Shown piece after piece: positions 56,415 to 63,397 of a stretch of DNA of 63,397 nt (its first letter is position 1; every line of letters starts with the position of its first letter). The notes under the pieces were generated by a model. The model did not search any database, was not told the DNA's origin, and saw nothing but the letters and a program-made list of their open reading frames with translations. Position numbers and translations under genes: made by a program. The stretch lies in IMG/VR virus record IMGVR_UViG_3300036790_000296, positions 1 through 63,397 of that record. One strand, given 5' to 3'. This DNA is from a virus (Duplodnaviria; Caudoviricetes).

Positions 56415-58306
56415 TTCGCGTCTCCATATGTTTGACCGGAACCCACATCTGCTTTTAGCGGTAAAGAAGGCGCCCATGAGGGACGACGCGTCATTTCAGT
56501 ATGGATTATTTGCTTGGCGTTGTCAACATCCTCGTCGGGTACGATGAACGCCAACTCGTCATGGGATTGTAGAGCAAACCTGTAGCCTCGATCAGATAAC
56601 CTTAGAGCCACGTTCATCACAACTATACGGGCAAGAAACTGCACTATGTTTTCCAAGAACTTGCTGCCGTACATAGTGTGTTTCCGCCCTCCATACGTGT
56701 AGGTAAGACCGCCATCGTTTTCACGTTTAGGCTCGGCATACTGCATCATTAGTCCGTTGGGGCCGCGTACGAACCCATGCCCTATAACACATGGGCCGCA
56801 AGTTACCGGCGCGGAAAGCCCCAACCATGCGGTATCGAGTACATTCTCTAACTTCCTCCACGTGTGCACAATAGGATAATTAACATTGCGGTACACGCTA
56901 ACTGATTTCTTGGCCAAATCCAGCGTCCACACTTTCTTAAGCTCGCGCACGTCCATCCCAAGCGCACGTGCCATACGTATAACCATGATATAAAACTTGG
57001 GGGGACCAGCCCCGTACCCTAGACCAAGCACACCCGATTTACCTATAAACCGCTGTAAACTGCTAACGCGTTCCAGCAGCACCCCAAATATAGCCATTGC
57101 GAGCAATTTGTATGGGTCTTCGTTATTGGTGAACGCTCGCAGTAACACATCCGCGCCGCAAATAAGCGCCGATATACGCGCTTCAATTTGCCCAAGGTCC
57201 GCAACAATTACCTTATGGCCTGGAGGCGCGCGTAGGCTATTTCGCAATTTAGACTTTTGCGGACCACGCCCCGATGGCATGTTTTGCATATTCATTTTCC
57301 AGTCGCCGCTTAGTCTATGCGTATGGGTTCCACCGAACCGTATGGGAATAGGCATGGAAAATGGGGTTAAATTGCGCCACCTTAACGATGCAACGCGTAG
57401 CAGCGTCATGCCGCGCGTTTCTTCAATGGTGCTTTTGTGGCCTAGTCTCGCAGCCGCCAATGCTTGCACGCGGCTATCTTCATGCTCAGATAACTCAGCC
57501 ATGAACTCGTCTGTCTTGGCAAACGCCGGAAGTAGTTTCCCTGTTATGGGGGATGTTTTCATTTCCACGTCTACGCCAAAATCCTCTAGGGCTTTCTGGA
57601 ATTGCGAATTGGACATTACCAAGTTGCGGTCGCTAAGGCCCGCATCCGTAAGTAGTTTAGCTTTTTCCAGCTTCAATTCTTCCAAATGTGAAACCAGCAT
57701 AGGCCGGTCTATAATGAACTTAGGCTCTACGGCGCACCGTAGCACCAAGTCCATCACACGGCGTTCCGCAGGGGGGAAATTCTGGCCTAGTATCCTAAAC
57801 ACACCTTCGCATAGTCTATTATCCTGAAGACAGTAATCACTGAAGGCTCCCCACAAAACCGGGTCATTACGTATTTGGTCGCGCCGCATGCCCTTCACGT
57901 TGGCAATAGCGTGCCCTTTATGGCCTATTTTCAGATACTCTGCCACCTTGGCGAGGCTCAATCTTGGGAGTTTATGCGCCAGCATTGTGCGGGCAATTCC
58001 CAGCGCATCAACCATGCGAACCGGGACAAAATCGTATATGTAAGACAAAATACAGTTGTCGAAAAGTGCGTTGAATGTTACCGTGGTGGTAACAGCCGGG
58101 TCAATTTTTGACAGGTACGCTGGAATATCGGGGCCGTCTATAATTTCATGCGGGCCGTCATCCAGCTTGGCCGCCATCATGGAAACTTCAAACCTGTGGT
58201 CTAAAATGTATTCAGCCGGGGTCATCTTGCGGAGCGAGTACACATCATCGTAATACGACTCAAAATCAAGTATAAGTAAATGCTGTTGCGTCATTACGGT
58301 AATCAC
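56411..58306 (-). CDS. polA: Family A DNA polymerase with 3'-5' exonuclease
   Basis: ExoI DFE, ExoII FNALFD, ExoIII YCLQD; motif A DLGQIEAR, motif B R...K...LGLGYG, motif C HDE. Confidence 0.95.
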   Translation of the reverse strand: MITVMTQQHLLILDFESYYDDVYSLRKMTPAEYILDHRFEVSMMAAKLDDGPHEIIDGPDIPAYLSKIDPAVTTTVTFNALFDNCILSYIYDFVPVRMVDALGIARTMLAHKLPRLSLAKVAEYLKIGHKGHAIANVKGMRRDQIRNDPVLWGAFSDYCLQDNRLCEGVFRILGQNFPPAERRVMDLVLRCAVEPKFIIDRPMLVSHLEELKLEKAKLLTDAGLSDRNLVMSNSQFQKALEDFGVDVEMKTSPITGKLLPAFAKTDEFMAELSEHEDSRVQALAAARLGHKSTIEETRGMTLLRVASLRWRNLTPFSMPIPIRFGGTHTHRLSGDWKMNMQNMPSGRGPQKSKLRNSLRAPPGHKVIVADLGQIEARISALICGADVLLRAFTNNEDPYKLLAMAIFGVLLERVSSLQRFIGKSGVLGLGYGAGPPKFYIMVIRMARALGMDVRELKKVWTLDLAKKSVSVYRNVNYPIVHTWRKLENVLDTAWLGLSAPVTCGPCVIGHGFVRGPNGLMMQYAEPKRENDGGLTYTYGGRKHTMYGSKFLENIVQFLARIVVMNVALRLSDRGYRFALQSHDELAFIVPDEDVDNAKQIIHTEMTRRPSWAPSLPLKADVGSGQTYGDAK

Positions 58307-58635
58307 CGCTTATCAACACTATTAGCCACAGCGGCTATCTGGTTGTAAATAGTGCGCGCTTGCAACGTAGCTTGCCAAGCATCCTCTAGCTCGTTGCCTT
58401 GTTGGAACGTTCGCGCGCGCTCTATAACGTATCGTTCGGCAAAAGACCGGAAGCGGCTGTGTGGTATATCGCCCGTTTGTCCTGCTATGGGGACGGGGAT
58501 GCTAAAACCGCCACTACCGCCGCCACCGCCGCCACCATGCGCCGCGAAACCGCCGCCGCCACCATGCGCCGTGACACCGCCGTAAACGCTCGGGGGTACA
58601 AATTGTTGTGCAGCGGCGGTTGTCTTTGGCATCAA
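58303..58635 (-). CDS. Hypothetical protein with Gly tract
   Basis: Co-oriented; GTGA coupling to polA. Confidence 0.6.
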   Translation of the reverse strand: MMPKTTAAAQQFVPPSVYGGVTAHGGGGGFAAHGGGGGGGSGGFSIPVPIAGQTGDIPHSRFRSFAERYVIERARTFQQGNELEDAWQATLQARTIYNQIAAVANSVDKR

Positions 58636-58655
58636 TTCACCGTGAGTTGGTGCTT

Positions 58656-58684
58656 TTGGTTAAACTACCCCGTAGTTTAACCAA
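58656..58684. terminator. Perfect 13-bp inverted repeat (terminator, processing site or operator)
   Basis: TTGGTTAAACTAC-CCC-GTAGTTTAACCAA, intergenic. Confidence 0.45.
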
Positions 58685-58685
58685 G

Positions 58686-59405
58686 TTATTGCACGATGTC
58701 AAGCTTTTTATCAGGGAACAAATCGAAAGTGTTAGAGTCGAATTCCCCAGAGAATGAAACTATCACCGGAGAACCGATTGCGTTTTTGTTTTCTGGCGTC
58801 ATCAAAGCTGATGCAATTGTGCCGGAAGTATCTCGAATACGCGTTAACCATTCAGATATCCCAACTGGCTCCTTATTACACCTTTTGCCGTTTTCTTGGT
58901 GTAGCTTCACATCAGAGCACAAACTTAGCGCTGTGGGCCAATAATATCGCATTGCCCCAGCAGTTGCATTACTGGCGAGCCAATTCAGCACTGCGCGAAC
59001 ATCGTTAAACTTTTGGCACACTTCCATCATTGAACAGAACGTACGTAGTATAGGGGTAGAAAGTGTACCTTGTTGCAGAACGTTACTTGCAGGGGGTAGA
59101 ATCTCTAGTTCATTAAATATTATTTCAATACTCACTTTGTGCGTAATATCTATGTTAAACACATATCTACCCTGGCTTGGTTCGTCATACACTATCCCAT
59201 ATGCGGCGCTACATCGGGATATAATATCTGGCGCAAACATGCATTCAACCAAATCCCGCATGGTGAAACCACACTCCAAGGTGGCCTCCATCACGCGTTT
59301 TTCTAGCTTATCAATCATTTTCTTCGCCGCGTATAAACTGTTGCTATCTAGTGCGGATGCCATGGGAATGGCCGTAACAAGTCTATTTCGGGTTCGTCGT
59401 TTCAT
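58686..59405 (-). CDS. Hypothetical protein
   Basis: 239 aa; ATGA coupling to the VWA gene. Confidence 0.7.
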   Translation of the reverse strand: MKRRTRNRLVTAIPMASALDSNSLYAAKKMIDKLEKRVMEATLECGFTMRDLVECMFAPDIISRCSAAYGIVYDEPSQGRYVFNIDITHKVSIEIIFNELEILPPASNVLQQGTLSTPILRTFCSMMEVCQKFNDVRAVLNWLASNATAGAMRYYWPTALSLCSDVKLHQENGKRCNKEPVGISEWLTRIRDTSGTIASALMTPENKNAIGSPVIVSFSGEFDSNTFDLFPDKKLDIVQ

Positions 59406-60655
59406 TTCCGTATCCTCACTACATCCCCAAAGGGATATTTTGTATCAGCTACGCTGCACCATATTACGGGATAAGGCGGGGGTGTGGGCGGGAACGTAAC
59501 ATACCCATCCGTGAACCCCACGAACATATCAGGGGGCTCGTGTGCATGAGCGGCTATCCAGTCTATAACCGGAATAACCGCAGTCCCGCCGCGCCCGCCC
59601 ACACCCGCATGCTTGATACGTTGCAAGTCACTGGCTTCCTCAATTTCGTCAATGCGGTGTATCTTACTGTCACACCACAATACAGTAAGGCGCTTAGGGC
59701 GCACATCTTCCACTATGCCTCCCAACTCTGCAAGATACGAACAAAGCTCTCCCTGCCCGATAGAACCGCTCGTATCTCCCCACACCACAACCCATCCCGC
59801 ACCGTGGCCACTACAACTGGGCAGATACAGGTCCCGAACAATAAATCGTCTATCTGGACGACGCCAGTTATATGAGCCACTTCCCACCCGTCTGTTGAAT
59901 ATACCCCGGATATGTTCGGACCATGGGATTTCGGGCTGTAGGATTTCTTGAAACATACGTTGCAGGGCACCTGCCAGCTTGCCCTGCGCTCTTATCTGTT
60001 CAATTGTTTGTGCGGCAGCTACTTCCACAGCCCATTGCTGTTGATTGCGCTGCGCGGCTGCATTCCCTGGCTGTTGCCCGGTTGATTTACCGGGCGGTAA
60101 CAGCGTGTCAAAATCGCCACCCGGCAACTCACCATCGTCTTGCTTTTTCTCGTAAACCTTCTTGTACACATCCAACAAGCTATCGTTAGCACCAGCTATC
60201 TTGCGATCCAACAAACAGTCTTTAGGCGGTTTACCTATTTTGCTGTCCGCAAGTAGTGGGTTAATCCGGTAGTCCATAGATTTTTGCATTACCTCCATAT
60301 CAAAAGGCAATGTTGTACCGTCGTGCATCGGCACGCTGCCGCTTCGCATACACCTATGCAATAGCTCTACATCACCGTACACGTTGTGCACGATTTCATG
60401 TGCGGCAATAAACGTGCGTTCTTGTAACGGGTATTCAAAATACGCATCGGGATTAACGATAACGTTTTTCCCGTCCGTAGCCGCCACAGGTACTTCCCTT
60501 GACATAATGGCAATATGCTTGCCTTCGTTATTGGCAAGCAGCCTATACCATATAGACCGGAACCCTGGTGCGGTCCATGCCATCATGGAGGTAGTATCCC
60601 CCCATTTTTGTATTTGAGCGGGGGTTAGCTCCATACTTTCCATTGGCTCACTCAT
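59402..60655 (-). CDS. Metallopeptidase (HExxH) + VWA protein, DUF2201-type
   Basis: AATDG, HEIVH, MIDAS DTSGS, GGT, FTDG. Confidence 0.88.
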   Translation of the reverse strand: MSEPMESMELTPAQIQKWGDTTSMMAWTAPGFRSIWYRLLANNEGKHIAIMSREVPVAATDGKNVIVNPDAYFEYPLQERTFIAAHEIVHNVYGDVELLHRCMRSGSVPMHDGTTLPFDMEVMQKSMDYRINPLLADSKIGKPPKDCLLDRKIAGANDSLLDVYKKVYEKKQDDGELPGGDFDTLLPPGKSTGQQPGNAAAQRNQQQWAVEVAAAQTIEQIRAQGKLAGALQRMFQEILQPEIPWSEHIRGIFNRRVGSGSYNWRRPDRRFIVRDLYLPSCSGHGAGWVVVWGDTSGSIGQGELCSYLAELGGIVEDVRPKRLTVLWCDSKIHRIDEIEEASDLQRIKHAGVGGRGGTAVIPVIDWIAAHAHEPPDMFVGFTDGYVTFPPTPPPYPVIWCSVADTKYPFGDVVRIRK

Positions 60656-60656
60656 T

Positions 60657-60896
60657 TCATTTTGCTCCTTCATATCGCTGGTAGCGTTTTATAGTCTTAA
60701 GCCAGTCCGCAACCCATGCATCAAAACTTATTATGTCTTGGCATGTTGACGAGCGAGAATGCGCTACTATACTACACGCCGCTAAACCCATTCGTAATTT
60801 GTAGGCACGTGCCATCCTGATGCACAACTTGCGGCGTGTCGCCACATGAGGGCGGTTATAGCCTCGCCGCGTCGCGCGTACTTTTGATTTACTCAC
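60657..60896 (-). CDS. Small basic hypothetical protein
   Basis: Co-oriented; GAGG SD. Confidence 0.5.
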   Translation of the reverse strand: MSKSKVRATRRGYNRPHVATRRKLCIRMARAYKLRMGLAACSIVAHSRSSTCQDIISFDAWVADWLKTIKRYQRYEGAK

Positions 60897-61101
60897 GCAT
60901 TTGCCCTCGTATGTATAGGTGCCACTCTTGCACCCATTTCATATACGCGCCGCGTTGCTGCCAATCATGAGCAACGCATAACAACGGCAGAGACAAAGCC
61001 GGGTTAGATTGCCACCTATATTTGCCATGAACACTGTGCCTATCTCTGTATGCGGCAAGCAACGCATTGCCGCGTTTTTTGCGGCGTTGCTTCTCGTTCA
61101 T
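60889..61101 (-). CDS. Small basic hypothetical protein
   Basis: ATGA coupling. Confidence 0.55.
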   Translation of the reverse strand: MNEKQRRKKRGNALLAAYRDRHSVHGKYRWQSNPALSLPLLCVAHDWQQRGAYMKWVQEWHLYIRGQMRE

Positions 61102-61403
61102 AGCTTATCCTGTTTATCCTGCGCCATTTCGCGCATTGCCGCCGCCATTTCATCGCTTACGCTATCGGATGATTGGCTTTCACCTTCCTTCGGGGCAAAC
61201 TTGTCTTCCAGAATAGCGATATCGGTATGCCCCGAAAAGAAATCATCGCTGAATACCACAGCTTGCGGCTTCACGCCATCCGCCAGTAAGGCCGCAGTAG
61301 CCAGCACGCGGCGAGCCGCATACGTGACTGTCTCGCGCATAGCTTCGTTCTTGCCTTCATCCGCGTAGTCAACTCGCACTTCAATGGTGAATTGTCTTTG
61401 CAT
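61098..61403 (-). CDS. Hypothetical protein (ORF extends in frame to 61550)
   Basis: AAGGAG SD before ATG 61403. Confidence 0.7.
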   Translation of the reverse strand: MQRQFTIEVRVDYADEGKNEAMRETVTYAARRVLATAALLADGVKPQAVVFSDDFFSGHTDIAILEDKFAPKEGESQSSDSVSDEMAAAMREMAQDKQDKL

Positions 61404-61546
61404 TTTACACTCCTTTAAGGGGGCATTACCTAACCTTGGGTCATTCATACGCCATACAATCAGCGCGTTAAGTACACTATCATAACCAAGGGTAGGGTAT
61501 AGCCCGCCCTTGATTGCCATTTTCATAGTTTGCATATCTATCATGC

Positions 61547-62677
61547 TCACGCCAAAGCCGAATTGAGAAGGCTAACCAGACTGGCGTTCTTATTTATCCA
61601 CGCTTGCATTGCGGGCAGGTTGATAAAACTCTTGTAATCCCGCCGCAGCAGCGCCAGCATGAAAGTGATCGCCATATCCTTCGGAAAGCGCGAAATATAC
61701 TTCACACACTCCGCAGCATGTTGCGCCTTGGCGTGGCCAGCTAACTCGTATGCCATTAGCATAAGCAGGTCCGCCTTTGTGGGTACGGGGCAGTTATCGG
61801 GATCGGACACCACATTGTCATAGCTCGGCAGGTCTAGCTGAAACTGCACGTGGCCCATCAGCGACGTAGCCGCACCCTGCCCGATAGTACCCGCCACACT
61901 CTCCATTGTGACAGTATCGGTTGGAATAACACCGCCATTGCGCGCCGCCTTCACCTGCAAATACCTATCGGCAGAACAGAGCGTACGCGGGTTGCACCAT
62001 GGACCTTGTTCTACAGGTTCTTTCTCGAACAGGCTTTCAGGGTTGGTCGATGCCCATGCCTTGGTGATCGCTTGCACCTGCCACGCCTTACCCTGATACG
62101 AGTAAGGCTTGTCAGCCCACATCAACCACGATTCTGTATCGGGCGACACGTGAATAACCGTGCGGCGGGCGATACAGAAATCGAAGTCCTTTGTCACACC
62201 GTAACGCGAGCCTTCGTTGGACATTGCCACCCGTACGCTACCCTCTGGCAGATACCATGGGGACGTGCCACCATGGAGAAGTATTTCAGCTAACGCCTTC
62301 TTAACATCGGCTTCGCCTTGGCCATACTCGTCAATCATAAGCCAGAACCGATCATACATGAACGCTGGCTTGCCTTCTGTCGAAATCATCCACAACGGTA
62401 CGCTAGGGTCCGTCACCGTGATTTTACGGGTTTCACCGTTGCCAAGATCGAACGTGCGTTCGCCCTTGTATTGAAACCCTATAAGATCAGGAGGGGTTTG
62501 GGTAGCGGCGAATATCTGGCCGAAGCCGCATCTAAGCGCAGGCATGGAGGCTTCCCATTTCTTGAAAGCCCCATACCCCATCATGCTTTTGCCCATACCC
62601 GAACCCGACACCACAAGCGTAGCGTTACCGGCTTCGGCATTGGCGAGAATTTCATCTTGCGCTTGGTTGATATTCAT
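61547..62677 (-). CDS. MoxR-like AAA+ ATPase
   Basis: Walker A GSGMGKS, DLIG, Walker B LMIDE, sensor N, NPRT. Confidence 0.85.
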   Translation of the reverse strand: MNINQAQDEILANAEAGNATLVVSGSGMGKSMMGYGAFKKWEASMPALRCGFGQIFAATQTPPDLIGFQYKGERTFDLGNGETRKITVTDPSVPLWMISTEGKPAFMYDRFWLMIDEYGQGEADVKKALAEILLHGGTSPWYLPEGSVRVAMSNEGSRYGVTKDFDFCIARRTVIHVSPDTESWLMWADKPYSYQGKAWQVQAITKAWASTNPESLFEKEPVEQGPWCNPRTLCSADRYLQVKAARNGGVIPTDTVTMESVAGTIGQGAATSLMGHVQFQLDLPSYDNVVSDPDNCPVPTKADLLMLMAYELAGHAKAQHAAECVKYISRFPKDMAITFMLALLRRDYKSFINLPAMQAWINKNASLVSLLNSALA

Positions 62678-62685
62678 AATGGATT

Positions 62686-62754
62686 GCTCCTTAAGCAACG
62701 CTCCTTTATGGGGAAATGCCCCTGCGGGTAAAGGAGCTAAACCCCGCAGGGGCA
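62686..62754 (-). promoter_or_regulatory. Predicted pseudoknot leader with anti-SD loop
   Basis: 12-bp stem; loop GCTCCTTTA complementary to downstream TAAAGGAGC. Confidence 0.55.
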
Positions 62755-62783
62755 CCTAGTGCGACTTATGCCACTGGCGCGCA

Positions 62784-63257
62784 CTATGGGATATTCTTCG
62801 CACCTTTGGCCTTGGCAATTTCAGTGAGCCGTTTCGTGCACGCGGCGATAATCTCCGTTATCTCCGGTGCCTGGTCGCTCACTGTCTTATACGCGGCTTT
62901 GCCAGCTTTTACACTAGTGGCGATGCCACGCATCTGCACGTAGAAATCTTCAAGCGTATTCAACGATGGCACGGGTTTGAAGCAGAACTGCCGCAACTCG
63001 GCATCGCTTAACAGTTGGTCGCGCTTGATTTGCGTGCGCGCCATGCGGAGAAACGCATTTGCGGCGTCATCCAGTTTCTTGGCATTGGCAGGATCAGCGC
63101 GCAGTTTTTGCCGAATGGTCATAAAGTCGCCGATCATGCCCAGCGGCTGCCCCGTCCCGCCCTTCGTCCAACTGCCCAGTTTAATGCTCGTCCTTGCGCA
63201 CGAGATAGCTTTACGCTGATTGGGAGCTTTAGCATCGAACACAACCGCGCTGGACTG
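62784..63257 (-). CDS. 3' part of junction-spanning hypothetical protein
   Basis: In frame with ATG at 222. Confidence 0.85.
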   Translation of the reverse strand, partial: QSSAVVFDAKAPNQRKAISCARTSIKLGSWTKGGTGQPLGMIGDFMTIRQKLRADPANAKKLDDAANAFLRMARTQIKRDQLLSDAELRQFCFKPVPSLNTLEDFYVQMRGIATSVKAGKAAYKTVSDQAPEITEIIAACTKRLTEIAKAKGAKNIP

Positions 63258-63397
63258 TGCTTGAACGTAGGTTTCGACCAGCTTGGTTGCATCGTCCTTA
63301 TCTGGCCCATGTTTGTTAGCGTCCAGGTTGATTTGGGCATGAAATGCTCCTTCTGCCAGCGAAAGCAGAAACTTTATTTGCGTGTCTTTGCCTTTTC
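63258..63397. repeat. Terminal overlap, copy 2
   Basis: Matches 1-140 with one mismatch. Confidence 0.95.

Noticed and set aside
54688-58306. Z-base (2-aminoadenine) genome
   Set aside because: No purZ/adenylosuccinate-synthetase-like ORF is visible.
63258-63397. Biological direct terminal repeat
   Set aside because: It falls mid-gene and 140 bp fits an assembler k-mer overlap; the single mismatch is synonymous (GTT/GTC), suggesting strain variation.
1-63397. Integrase, introns/inteins or alternative genetic code
   Set aside because: No recombinase motifs seen; core genes are uninterrupted, of normal length and densely packed under the standard code.

Overview
This looks like a complete, circularly closed tailed-phage genome of about 63.26 kb; bases 1-140 recur at 63258-63397 with one mismatch. 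It has a podovirus-type virion module and no visible integrase. Spanins indicate a Gram-negative host; a CtrA-like protein and CtrA-box-like promoters suggest an alphaproteobacterium (inference). An early/replication arm runs on the minus strand from about 4000 leftwards across the junction to 46265: small ORFs, AAA+ ATPase with VWA-peptidase, PolA, three nucleotide-metabolism genes, exonuclease, VRR-NUC, SNF2 helicase, SSB-like protein and primase-helicase. A late arm runs on the plus strand: portal, capsid, collagen and Gly-rich fibres, lysis cassette, nozzle and three ejection proteins. The terminase cassette is inverted. Main findings: (1) a ten-gene sulfotransferase/collagen/glycosyltransferase/RmlB/Glf island inside the head module, a candidate virion sulfo-glycosylation system; (2) a palindrome TTACCG-N2/3-CGGTAA dispersed at 21 or more sites, mostly inside genes; (3) six fixed-geometry CtrA-box-like promoters ahead of late operons plus a phage-encoded receiver-less CtrA-like protein; (4) an anti-SD pseudoknot before the AAA+ gene, a frameshifted hexapeptide gene and an apparent ATC start codon. 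All calls come from motif recognition by eye; no database searches were run.
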